The notes: a model not told the origin generated them from the letters alone. Shown: positions 35,269-44,442, counted from the first letter of the stretch. The stretch: 64,000 nt of DNA from Anaerolineales bacterium (GCA_034432975.1 DAOUAZ010000190.1:17955-81954), one strand, 5' to 3'. Made by a program: numbers and translations.

Positions 35269-36345
35269 ATGAAGAACCAAGTTATAATTTTGCATCAAAA
35301 GGATGAACTAATGCCAAGAAGATCTCCTTATACTCGTGTTAATCGAATTAATGAAGTCAGAGCGAACCACGTTAAAGGCATGGGGGATGTGGTTTTTAAG
35401 GGCTTCCAATGCCTGAACAGCGAATGCGAAGAGTTTATTTTTGTACGAAAGGATTCAATCGGGGAAATATTTGAAATAACCTGCCCTTCATGTGGATTTG
35501 TACTCCGTTCTGGTGACGAGACACAATTTTTCTCTTATGAAATGTTGGACATACGGAGCAATCCGCCAACCATAGTTGAAGACGGAAACTTTACGATCTT
35601 ACACGACGATTACGTAGCCGAAGCGAAGGAATACAAGTATTGTCTGATTTGCAATACGCTAAAGCCATTGGATTTGTTTGACAGGCACAGTGCAAGGCAA
35701 TCTGGCAGGCAAGGCGAATGTCGGTTGTGTAAAGCAGTATATAACTCGATTAAAAACCAAACACGGATAACTGATCAGCACCGTGAGGCCGCTCAAAAAA
35801 GAAGAATGTATCTCGACTTATCAGGCGGGACAAAAATAGACAGTCAAGCGATATACGAAAAATATGGTTACAAGTGTTTTAAGTGTGGAAAAGACTTAAG
35901 AACAGTGAAAAACCAGAACGAACGCCCTTTAGATCATACGTTGCCAGTAGTATTTCTTTGGCCTTTAACAACTGCAAATGCAACATTACTTTGCAGAGAT
36001 TGTAATGGCGGAAAATCTGGAAAATGGCCTTCGCTTTACTATTCCGATCAAGAATTGAGACGGCTGTCGGTGATTACTGGAATATCGTATGACTTATTGA
36101 AGTCAGAGTCACATTTCAATCCAGAAGCCATTGAACGGCTCAGGAATCATGAAGTGGTTGATGGTTTGTTGAGCAAATACTCGCCTTATATTGACGAACT
36201 TATCAAGTTGCGAAATCGAATACTTCGTCGTGAAGGGTTTGATTTCTTTGCGCACTCACAAGTTATTTCACGGTCTTGGATTGACAGAGCGAATGAGGCG
36301 ATTGGAGACTTGGCTAATAGAGAACAAGATACTGATGGGATGTAA
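35269..36345 (+). CDS. HNH nuclease with N-terminal Zn-ribbons (candidate restriction endonuclease)
   Basis: Cys pairs CLNSEC...CPSC and CLIC...CRLC. The HNH core is CFKCGK...LDHTLPV...NATLLCRDCNGGKSGKWP. Low G+C. It is convergent with the large MTase and overlaps it at the 3' ends. Confidence 0.8.
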   Translation: MKNQVIILHQKDELMPRRSPYTRVNRINEVRANHVKGMGDVVFKGFQCLNSECEEFIFVRKDSIGEIFEITCPSCGFVLRSGDETQFFSYEMLDIRSNPPTIVEDGNFTILHDDYVAEAKEYKYCLICNTLKPLDLFDRHSARQSGRQGECRLCKAVYNSIKNQTRITDQHREAAQKRRMYLDLSGGTKIDSQAIYEKYGYKCFKCGKDLRTVKNQNERPLDHTLPVVFLWPLTTANATLLCRDCNGGKSGKWPSLYYSDQELRRLSVITGISYDLLKSESHFNPEAIERLRNHEVVDGLLSKYSPYIDELIKLRNRILRREGFDFFAHSQVISRSWIDRANEAIGDLANREQDTDGM

Positions 36346-38974
36346 CAGTGCCTTTGTCGGTTACTCCGTGCGTTTCGCAATGTTCGACGCTTTCATCCAG
36401 AATATCGGCTTGTCGAAACCACCGTTTTCCCATTTTTTGCAAGACATCAGCCATATCGCACTTCTTGCTCTTGCCAAGGTGCAATACTAAAACGCCGCTC
36501 GACTTCAGTCGTTCTCTTGCTTGTCGAAAAATTGGTTCATAGACGCTAAAATCTTTCTTCTGGCGTTCGTCTACAAATCCTTGTGGACGTGTAGTAAAGT
36601 CATCTTTTGACCAGCCAACAAACCAAAGACGAAGCCAATTTGCTACATAAAACCGCGTACTATCAAAAAACGGTGGTGATGTAATTACAGCATCAAGTTG
36701 CTCGATTTCTCTAGGCCACCATCCAGTCGCGTCTTGCAAGTAGGTTTTTCCATCAACAAAATCTGATGGCAATTCATAACTTAGACTTCGATATACTTTT
36801 TCCTTGAGTTTCTCTATTAGTGAACGATATTCATAATCTCCTTGCGGTTTATAAGGGGTAATAGGGTGAGACCTTCTGCTCAAAGCATAAGGACGATTTC
36901 CATGCAAAATATGTAACAGAGAGGCAAGAACGAATCTTGCGCCAGGTGTTTCAGGGTGATTTGCTCTAAAGTGTCTTCGTGCTAGAAGTATTTCACGTAA
37001 AGTATTATCTTCGTAATACTCCTTTATTTTTCCATTGAATCCAAAATTTTTTACTTCTTCCAATTCATTAGATGTTGCGTTGTTGCTTTTGATATAGTGT
37101 TCCAGGGCGTCAATCACCGGAACGCAATTCTCAGGGGAAACCCTTTGAGTTTTTGCGTTTGCAATCACTACCGCAGCAGGGCTAATATCAAAACCATAAG
37201 AAGTTTTACCTTGTAAAGCCGCTTCAAATGGAATTGTTCCAACACCTACAAACGGATCTAGAACCTTTCCACCTTTAGGCACAAAAGTTTTTACCAAGTG
37301 ATGAGAAATTGCAGGTTTCAGTTTTCCCATATAAGAACAAAGAGAATGTCTCTCATGTCCCCAGTTGCGCTTAGCAAAGGGCTCTCTTTGGTGAGGCAAG
37401 GTATCTTTAAAATTTTTCCAAGAGAGAATCCAATTGGGAAATAATTGGACGGAAAACCTTCTGCTGGTTTCATAAGAAAAAATTTGAAGGACTTGCTTTA
37501 ATGGAGAGCCACTTCGAGATTGCCTTTCTCTCAAGGTGACTTGTTCTATTTGCTTAAATCCAATATCGGATAAGCTATTAGAGAGCAATTCATCCACAGG
37601 AACATGTACTCCCCCATATTCCGAATCACCAATATCAATTGCAACAGTTGCATTCTTGTTCAAATGGGGTTTTATCGCATTGAAGATTGATGTCAACTCC
37701 GAAAAATAAGAATCAACCATTTTAGGAATTCGGACATCATAAGCGTTTCTTTCTAATTCCGAAATCACCTTTCGAACCTTGCGATTTTCGGATTTGGTAG
37801 CATTAGCCATTGTGACGTCATTGATTCCAGCAGTAACTGCTTGCGCTCGGAAACTTGCCAAGTCAGGGGAATCTTGCAAACACCGCATAAACCACAATTC
37901 GATCTTTGTATTTCGAAAATAGTTAGTGCCATTGACGTAGGGCGGACTTGTTATCACAGCGTCCAGCGATAAATCAGGAACGTTTGAAAGCGATTTAGCT
38001 GACTCGCAAATAAGAATTGGCGCAACCTTCAATCCATTCACATCGCCCTTAACGTCGCTGGCAATGTTTTTTAAATTGGTTTCCAATAATTGTAGGATGT
38101 CAATATTTTCCTTGATGAGCTCTTCGTTAGTTTTATATCGTAAATCGCCGGCCCGTTTCATTTTCGATGCCGGCACAAGTGAAGACAAAACCGCTATCAT
38201 AAACAAATCTGACAAAAGCGGATTACTTAATCGAGTCTCATCAACCCAATTTCTCAATCGTAAAATACTTAGATAATCATCTTGGTCAAAAAACTGACTA
38301 TTTCCAAAAACCTTCTTGTACGTTGCATCCAGTACAAAATCAGGCTCATGCTGAGTTAGCATGTCCAGTTTAGACGCAATTTCATCAAGTTGTGCAGCCA
38401 AACCCCATCTAATCGCAGATTTAGCCATACGAATTTGGATTTTTGTTAATGATATGAATTGAAGTACAGGATTGATTTCGCAGAAATACGCTTCCTTGCC
38501 TAATTCTGAGACAGCAAATGCTGTTGTGCCTGTTCCAGCAAATGGATCAAGAATACGATTTGCGTCAGGCACATAACGATCAATGATATTTTCAACAAAT
38601 TCTGGAGAATAACCTTCCAAGTATGAATACCAACGAACAAAAGGTTCTTTTTCACCTCCTTTAAAAGTGACTGTAATTGGGTCGAAAATATAGTTGTATG
38701 AGTCACTCGTTTCTTTCACTGACCGAATTGATTTGCTAATCTGCCGTAAGCAGTAAGTATTTAATGGCAAGTCTTCCTCACGAGCCGAATGCACTAAATT
38801 TTCATAGGAATCAACGTTCAATAAACCCCGTATTTCAGCGCTTGAAAGCCCTTTTACTGCTTCGTGTAAATCATCATAGCGTTTTCCAAACGCCATTGTC
38901 AGCGATTTTTCTTTTGCCGATTCGCCAGGATAATCAGAAAAATAGACCGTTTTGAACTTCTGCTTGGTTGTCAT
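36314..38974 (-). CDS. Tandem two-domain DNA amino-methyltransferase (fusion of two SPPY/SPPF modules)
   Basis: Module 1: ILDPFAGTGTTAFA + AVITSPPYVNGTNY. Module 2: VLDPFVGVGTIPFE + AVITSPPFFDSTRF. 886 aa, low G+C. Confidence 0.87.
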   Translation of the reverse strand: MTTKQKFKTVYFSDYPGESAKEKSLTMAFGKRYDDLHEAVKGLSSAEIRGLLNVDSYENLVHSAREEDLPLNTYCLRQISKSIRSVKETSDSYNYIFDPITVTFKGGEKEPFVRWYSYLEGYSPEFVENIIDRYVPDANRILDPFAGTGTTAFAVSELGKEAYFCEINPVLQFISLTKIQIRMAKSAIRWGLAAQLDEIASKLDMLTQHEPDFVLDATYKKVFGNSQFFDQDDYLSILRLRNWVDETRLSNPLLSDLFMIAVLSSLVPASKMKRAGDLRYKTNEELIKENIDILQLLETNLKNIASDVKGDVNGLKVAPILICESAKSLSNVPDLSLDAVITSPPYVNGTNYFRNTKIELWFMRCLQDSPDLASFRAQAVTAGINDVTMANATKSENRKVRKVISELERNAYDVRIPKMVDSYFSELTSIFNAIKPHLNKNATVAIDIGDSEYGGVHVPVDELLSNSLSDIGFKQIEQVTLRERQSRSGSPLKQVLQIFSYETSRRFSVQLFPNWILSWKNFKDTLPHQREPFAKRNWGHERHSLCSYMGKLKPAISHHLVKTFVPKGGKVLDPFVGVGTIPFEAALQGKTSYGFDISPAAVVIANAKTQRVSPENCVPVIDALEHYIKSNNATSNELEEVKNFGFNGKIKEYYEDNTLREILLARRHFRANHPETPGARFVLASLLHILHGNRPYALSRRSHPITPYKPQGDYEYRSLIEKLKEKVYRSLSYELPSDFVDGKTYLQDATGWWPREIEQLDAVITSPPFFDSTRFYVANWLRLWFVGWSKDDFTTRPQGFVDERQKKDFSVYEPIFRQARERLKSSGVLVLHLGKSKKCDMADVLQKMGKRWFRQADILDESVEHCETHGVTDKGTVTSHQYLVLY

Positions 38975-38980
38975 GTGTAT

Positions 38981-39009
38981 AGACTATCATAATATGATAG
39001 TCTTGTCAA
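38981..39009 (-). promoter_or_regulatory. Perfect 23-bp palindrome next to a TTGACA box immediately upstream of the MTase ATG
   Basis: agactatcataatatgatagtct (38981-39003; 11-bp arms). On the minus strand, TTGACA (39009-39004) precedes it and the ATG (38974) follows 6 nt after it. Confidence 0.45.
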
Positions 39010-39336
39010 TAACCAGATTACATGTTCTAAATTATATGACCTAATAGGCAGGCTGAGATAAATTTATGTCAAATCCAAAGAGACGAGGAAGGGAATGGCC
39101 TAACCCCGATTGCCGTAATGGTTCGCGGTGTTGAGTTGTCCCTTCCCTGTTACCCTTCGGGGACGTTTTGCGGAGGGAAGGGCATGGGCACGGCTTTTAC
39201 CTTGTCCGCTGGCGCAGACTTGGCTAGCAATGGTTTAGCCTTCTCTCCCTCAGGGAAAAGGGAGCGGTGTGAGGGTCATCAAGACCGGAATGTATCAAGA
39301 CCAGTTGTAAATTGCCCTGGAGCGATATTCCGAATC

Positions 39337-39364
39337 AAAAAGGTGGGACTTCGTCCCACTTTTT
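39337..39364 (-). terminator. Intrinsic terminator after dnaA
   Basis: aaaaa-ggtgggac-ttc-gtcccac-ttttt, located 15 nt past the dnaA stop. The A/T tracts on both sides make it bidirectional in form. Confidence 0.75.
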
Positions 39365-39378
39365 GCTCGCTATCATTC

Positions 39379-40737
39379 TCAGGCAGCCGCCCCAACCTGG
39401 CTGTAATTTTGCATTTGCAATTCGATGTTATTGACGCGCCGCCGCAGGTTGCCGTCTTGCTGGATGGAGTCGGCTATTTTTTCGATGGCGTACATGACGG
39501 TGGTGTGGTCGCGCCCGCCAAGCACGTGACCGATTTGGGGCAGCGAGGCGTCTGTTTTGTTGCGCAGGAGGTACATCGCCACCTGGCGCGGTTCGGCAAT
39601 TTTTTGCGAGCGGTCGCGGCTGCGGATGGCATCGACGGTAATTTGCCATTCCCGCGCGACCAGTTCGATGATTTTTTCCGGCGCGACATGATGACGCTGC
39701 GGCAGCAGGTCGACCAGGGCCATTTCGGCCAGCCGTTGGTTGATGGGCGCGCCCACCAGTTCGGCATACGCCACAATCCGGTTGAGGGCGCCTTCCAGTT
39801 CGCGGATGTTGGATTGCACCCGGCGGGCAATCATATCCATCACATCGTTGGGGATTTCGCGACCGGCGCGCTCTGCTTTGTAGCGCAGGATGGCCAGGCG
39901 GGTTTCGAAATCGGGCTGCTGGATATCGGCAATCAACCCCCACTCGAAGCGCGAACGCAGGCGCTCCTCGAGCGTGACCAGCGATTTGGGCGGCCGGTCG
40001 GACGAGACGATGATTTGTTTGTCCTGGCTGTGCAGGGTGTTGAAGGTGTGGAAAAATTCTTCCTGGGTCGATTCTTTCCCGGCGATGAACTGGATGTCGT
40101 CGATGAGCAGCACATCAATCGAGCGATATTTTTCGCGGAAGGCCTGGGTGGTGTGGGCGCGGATGGCGTTAATCAGGTCGTTGGTAAATTCTTCGGAGGA
40201 AACGTACAATACGCTCAAGCCCCGGAAATGACAGGCGTTGCCGATGGCGTGCAGCAGGTGGGTTTTTCCCAGCCCCACGCCGCCGTACAGGAAAAGCGGG
40301 TTGTAGGCGCGGGCGGGTTTTTCGGCCACTGCCAGGGCGGCGGCGTGCGCCAGGCGCGTATTGGCGCCCACCACGAAGTTGTCGAAGGTGTAGCGCGGAT
40401 TGAGAGTGGTGTTGCGCTGCTTAACGGAAGCAGGCTCCGGCGGGTTGGTTCGTTCCGCTTCGGCGGCTGATTCGACCTCGGCGATGTCGTATTCGCTCGC
40501 CACCACAAATCGGACTTCCACTTCCTGTTCCATAAGACCCGCCAGGAGGCGGGTAATACTGCTCAAGAGACGATTCTCCAGCCAATCTCGGGCGTAAGCA
40601 TTTCGTACTGCGATGGTCAGGATACCATCTTCAGAAGAGACGGGGCGGGTATCGCGCACCCAAGTGTCAAAGGATGCTCGCGGCATTTCCATTTGGAGTT
40701 GCCCCAGCACCGATTGCCAGGCTTGTACTGCATTCAT
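39379..40737 (-). CDS. dnaA: Chromosomal replication initiator protein DnaA
   Basis: AAA+ motifs (NPLFLYGGVGLGKTHLL, LLIDDIQF) and C-terminal DNA-binding helix (ARQVAMYL...LPQIGHVLGGRDHTTVMYA). Start set at MNAVQAWQ (ATG 40737) behind a GGTGGAG RBS. The track start at 40782 is also possible. Confidence 0.95.
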   Translation of the reverse strand: MNAVQAWQSVLGQLQMEMPRASFDTWVRDTRPVSSEDGILTIAVRNAYARDWLENRLLSSITRLLAGLMEQEVEVRFVVASEYDIAEVESAAEAERTNPPEPASVKQRNTTLNPRYTFDNFVVGANTRLAHAAALAVAEKPARAYNPLFLYGGVGLGKTHLLHAIGNACHFRGLSVLYVSSEEFTNDLINAIRAHTTQAFREKYRSIDVLLIDDIQFIAGKESTQEEFFHTFNTLHSQDKQIIVSSDRPPKSLVTLEERLRSRFEWGLIADIQQPDFETRLAILRYKAERAGREIPNDVMDMIARRVQSNIRELEGALNRIVAYAELVGAPINQRLAEMALVDLLPQRHHVAPEKIIELVAREWQITVDAIRSRDRSQKIAEPRQVAMYLLRNKTDASLPQIGHVLGGRDHTTVMYAIEKIADSIQQDGNLRRRVNNIELQMQNYSQVGAAA

Positions 40738-41247
40738 GGTCTGCTCCACCAGCTGAGATAGGGGTAAGTAAGCCCTCTGCAAGTTTTTTTACAGAGGGGT
40801 GGAGAATGTACTCGGTTGTCTCGGTATTTTTCAGGGGTTTGGATGCAGTCTCCGGCGGGCATCCACTCAATCAACTGCCCCCATTCTAGCAAAAAGGAGG
40901 AAAACCCGCCACACGAAAAACCTACGCTTCCTTAAAAACTTCGACTTTTTTAAGACGGGTAAACCTTAAAGAAACCATCACTACCCAGTACCCGTCTTTC
41001 CAGGTAATCGAACGTTTGTTTCAGCCAAAAACGCCCTGCCTCATAAATTTGCCCCCCATATATGGGGTTTCAAGCCCCAAAACAGCCATCTGTCGTATAT
41101 CTATCTTAAGGAATTCAAGGGACGAAGAAGTACGCAATTATGCTTTTGTAACGCGCCTGGCAACCACTCGTTTGCCGAATTAGGGCTGCCTCTCCGAATT
41201 TATGGAAATCCCGGCGAATGTTAAAGAATTCAACGAGCGGGAGCGGG

Positions 41248-42960
41248 TTACTGGCTGCTGCCTCTTGGCACCCAGGCCAATATGGACGTCCCCTCATCGA
41301 CCACCGAACAAATCTCCACGTCGCCGCCGACATGCTGGGCGCGGGTGTGCATGTTCGAAAGACCATGCCCCAGCGTCATATTCATCTTGTGCATATCGAA
41401 ACCCCGGCCATTGTCGCGGATTTCGAGCAGGAACCGTTCCGGCGTCGCCCAAACGCGAATTTCGACCCTTTTGGCGCGGGCGTGTTTGGCGGCGTTGGCC
41501 AGGGCCTCCTGGCAGATGTGGAACAGGACCAGGGACTGGGACTGCGAGATGTCCTTGATTTCATCCGGGTCGCCGCCCAGCGTCGCCTCGGCCAGGGTAT
41601 TGGCGCGGAATTCCACCGCCAGCCGTTTCAGGGCATCGAGCAGGTTTTCGTTCCCGAACTGGCGCGGGCGCAAATCCAGGATGTAAGAGCGAATATCACG
41701 GATGGTGTGGTTCAGGCTGTCGATGGCCTGTTGGATGCGCTCCTGGCTCTTGAGCGGGTCTTCGGTTGCCAGCAGGCGGGCATGCTCCAACACCAGCCCC
41801 ACCCCATAAATCGACTGAATGATGCCGTCGTGCAAATCCATGCCGATGCGGTCGCGCTCTTCCAGCACAGCCAGGCGGCGGGCATCGTTGTGCAGGCGGG
41901 CATTTTCAATCGCCAGCCCGGCCCAACTGCCAATGGCGGTGATGACCTGGATATCATGCTCATCGAGCGGATTGGCGCTGCGCGTGACGGCGCTCAGTAC
42001 GCCGACCAGGTGTCCGCTTGAGGTGAGCGGGAAACAGGCCATTTGCCGAAACCCTGCCTTGACGACCGCATCGCGCAAATAGCGCATATCATTCGCCAGG
42101 TCGTGGCTGACAATCGGCTCCTCGTTCTGCGCCACCAGCCCCACCAGCCCCTCGCCAACGTCGAACCGGTTGCGGGTCCAAAAGGCCTCGGCGGCCTGCC
42201 CCCGGTGCAGCACCAGCCGCAAGGTCTGTTTGTCTTCATCGAGCAGGAAAATCTCGCCCGATTCCACTTCCATGTAATCCATCACCAGCGAGAGCGTTTT
42301 TTGCAGGATTTCATCCAGTTTCAGCGAGGAAGTGAGTGCCTCGGCAATACTGTTGAGCAGCGCCAAATCCTGGTTGCGGCGGGTAAGGGCCTGGTCACGC
42401 TCGCGCAAGTCCTCATACATGCTGGCATTGTGGATGGCAACCGCCGCGTAAGCCGCCAGCATCTGGATGATGCGCTCGTCATCGGTGGTAAATTCGGGAT
42501 AACCAAGTTTCTCGGTCAGGTAAATCTGGCCGTACTGGTCCTCGCCCAGGCGAATTGGCACGCCCAGGAACGAGCGCATGTGCGGATGATTGCGCGGGAA
42601 GCCCACGCTGCGCGGGTCTGCCTGAATTTCGGACAGGCGAATGGAATCGGTGGTGTTCATCAACGCCCGAATCATCCCCAGCCCTTTGGGCGGGTGCGGG
42701 ATGCGCCGGATTTCATCGTCTGTCATGCCTACGGAGATAAACTGTTTGAGTTGGCCGTCTTCCCCAAGTACGCCAAGCGCCGCATAACGCGCCTGGGCCT
42801 GCTCGCAAGCCACAGTAGCGATGCGCTCCAGTAACGTCTCCAGCGAAATGTCCTCCACGAGCTGCAAACTGGCCTGGTGCAGCGCAATTAAGCGCTCTTC
42901 CAGTTGCTGGCGTGTCAAGAGCATGGGGGTCTCCTCTTGGAGATATTCTACCCCGGTCAT
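41248..42960 (-). CDS. Dual-GAF sensor histidine kinase (HisKA_3/NarL-partner type)
   Basis: Two GAF-like regions, H-box ERDRIGMDLHDGIIQ, and HATPase_c (EALANAAKHA...DNGRGF...GHGLSNM). No cognate response regulator is adjacent. Confidence 0.85.
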   Translation of the reverse strand: MTGVEYLQEETPMLLTRQQLEERLIALHQASLQLVEDISLETLLERIATVACEQAQARYAALGVLGEDGQLKQFISVGMTDDEIRRIPHPPKGLGMIRALMNTTDSIRLSEIQADPRSVGFPRNHPHMRSFLGVPIRLGEDQYGQIYLTEKLGYPEFTTDDERIIQMLAAYAAVAIHNASMYEDLRERDQALTRRNQDLALLNSIAEALTSSLKLDEILQKTLSLVMDYMEVESGEIFLLDEDKQTLRLVLHRGQAAEAFWTRNRFDVGEGLVGLVAQNEEPIVSHDLANDMRYLRDAVVKAGFRQMACFPLTSSGHLVGVLSAVTRSANPLDEHDIQVITAIGSWAGLAIENARLHNDARRLAVLEERDRIGMDLHDGIIQSIYGVGLVLEHARLLATEDPLKSQERIQQAIDSLNHTIRDIRSYILDLRPRQFGNENLLDALKRLAVEFRANTLAEATLGGDPDEIKDISQSQSLVLFHICQEALANAAKHARAKRVEIRVWATPERFLLEIRDNGRGFDMHKMNMTLGHGLSNMHTRAQHVGGDVEICSVVDEGTSILAWVPRGSSQ

Positions 42961-43024
42961 CCAATTTATTCAAGTTGATAGGTTTTGCCAGACGGAGGCT
43001 GTAGAATAATATAAACTAAAAAAG

Positions 43025-43054
43025 CGTCCCGAAGGTTTTTTAACCTTCGGGACG
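43025..43054. repeat. CGTCCCGAAGGTT hairpin repeat, copy c (minimal loop)
   Basis: cgtcccgaaggtt-tttt-aaccttcgggacg. It lies 19 nt upstream of the HMG-CoA reductase ATG and between divergent starts. Confidence 0.9.
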
Positions 43055-43072
43055 GTCACTGAAGGATGGAGA

Positions 43073-44374
43073 ATGGGAACTTCGCGCATCCCCGGATTTT
43101 ACAACCTGACCCTGGAAGAACGCCTGGCCCAGGCCGCTGCCTCGGCGGAACTGACCCCGCTGGAACTTGCCCCCTGGACGACTGGCGGACTCTCCCCCGA
43201 AGCCGCCGACCACATGATTGAGAATGTCATCGGCCTGCACAGCCTGCCGCTCGGAATTGGACTCAACTTCCAGGTCAACGGGCGCGACGTGCTGGTGCCG
43301 ATGGCCGTCGAGGAGCCGTCGGTCGTGGCCGGGGCGTCCTTCATGGCAAAACTGGCCCGCGCCGGAGGCGGATTCCAGACGACCAGCACCGAGCCATTGA
43401 TGATTGGGCAGATGCAGGTTATCAACGTTACAAACTTGCACGAAGCCAATCTCAAGATTTACGAGAAAAAAGCCGAGCTGCTGACTGCCGCCGATGAAAT
43501 CGACCCGGTTTTGAAGAAATTCGGCGGCGGGGCGCGCGATTTGGAAGTGCGAATCATCACAGATTCCCCCATCGGCGGCTTCCTCGTCATTCACCTGGTT
43601 TATGACGTGCGCGATGCAATGGGCGCGAACGCCGTCAACACGGCCTGCGAGCGCCTGGCCCCACAGGTGGAGCAAATCACCGGCGGCAAAGTCCACCTGC
43701 GGATTCTTTCCAACCTGGCCGACCGGCGGATTGCGCGGGCAAGGTGCGTCATCCCGGTCAAAGAATTAGATATGGTAGGACAAGATAATATCTTGTCCTA
43801 CAGCGGCGAAACCGTGCGCGATGGTATCATCGCCGCTTACGCCTTCGCCGCCGCTGACCCGTACCGCGCCGCCACGCACAACAAAGGCATCATGAACGGC
43901 GTCGATGCGGTGGTGATGGCCACCGGCAACGACTGGCGCGCGATCGAGGCCGGGGCGCACGCCTACGCGGCGCGTTCGGGCCGGTACACCAGCCTCTCGA
44001 CGTGGGGACAGGATTCCGCCGGGAAACTGGTTGGGACGCTGGAAATGCCGATGGCAGTAGGAATCATCGGAGGCGCAACCAAAGTCCATCCGGCAGCCAA
44101 AGCAGCCATCCGATTGATGGGAATCAAAACCGCCTCGGAACTGGCCGAAATTATCGTGGCGGTTGGCCTGGCGCAAAACCTGGCGGCCCTGCGCGCGCTG
44201 GCGACCGAAGGCATCCAGCGCGGACACATGAGCCTCCACGCCCGGCAGGTGGCGATTGCGGCGGGCGCGAGCGGCGAACTGATTGAAAAAGTCGCGGCGC
44301 AGATGGTGGACGAGAAAACCGTGCGGATTGACCGGGCCGAAGATCTGGTAAAACAGCACCAGGGAAACAAGTAG
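43073..44374 (+). CDS. mvaA: Hydroxymethylglutaryl-CoA reductase, class II
   Basis: VEEPSVVAGAS, DAMGANAVN and ATHNKGIMNGVDAV class II signatures. 433 aa. Confidence 0.9.
   Translation: MGTSRIPGFYNLTLEERLAQAAASAELTPLELAPWTTGGLSPEAADHMIENVIGLHSLPLGIGLNFQVNGRDVLVPMAVEEPSVVAGASFMAKLARAGGGFQTTSTEPLMIGQMQVINVTNLHEANLKIYEKKAELLTAADEIDPVLKKFGGGARDLEVRIITDSPIGGFLVIHLVYDVRDAMGANAVNTACERLAPQVEQITGGKVHLRILSNLADRRIARARCVIPVKELDMVGQDNILSYSGETVRDGIIAAYAFAAADPYRAATHNKGIMNGVDAVVMATGNDWRAIEAGAHAYAARSGRYTSLSTWGQDSAGKLVGTLEMPMAVGIIGGATKVHPAAKAAIRLMGIKTASELAEIIVAVGLAQNLAALRALATEGIQRGHMSLHARQVAIAAGASGELIEKVAAQMVDEKTVRIDRAEDLVKQHQGNK
43775..43801 (+). repeat. AT-rich 12-bp-stem hairpin inside the HMG-CoA reductase CDS
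   Basis: gtaggacaagat-aat-atcttgtcctac. It encodes part of ...DMVGQDNILSYS... and its composition contrasts with the surrounding gene. Confidence 0.8.
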
Positions 44375-44387
44375 CCAGGAAAGCAGG

Positions 44388-44416
44388 TAGACACGAACCC
44401 TAAACGGGTATATACT
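44388..44416 (+). promoter_or_regulatory. Candidate vapBC promoter
   Basis: TAGACA, 17-nt spacer, TATACT. A GAGGAG RBS lies 5 nt before ATG 44443. Confidence 0.45.
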
Positions 44417-44442
44417 AAAAGTAAATACCTTGAGGAGTTCGC

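Noticed and set aside
34957-39378. Mobile-element call (integrase, transposase, att sites, flanking tRNA) for the low-G+C island. The same question applies to the 28.1-30.3 kb island.
   Set aside because: No recombinase-like ORF, tRNA gene or convincing flanking direct repeat could be identified. The islands are therefore described only as compositionally atypical R-M loci.
40738-41247. Calling this region oriC outright.
   Set aside because: I found no perfect or clustered DnaA boxes by eye. dnaN is absent, and the orientation of rpoC and gyrA argues against an origin here. It is kept only as a question under findings.
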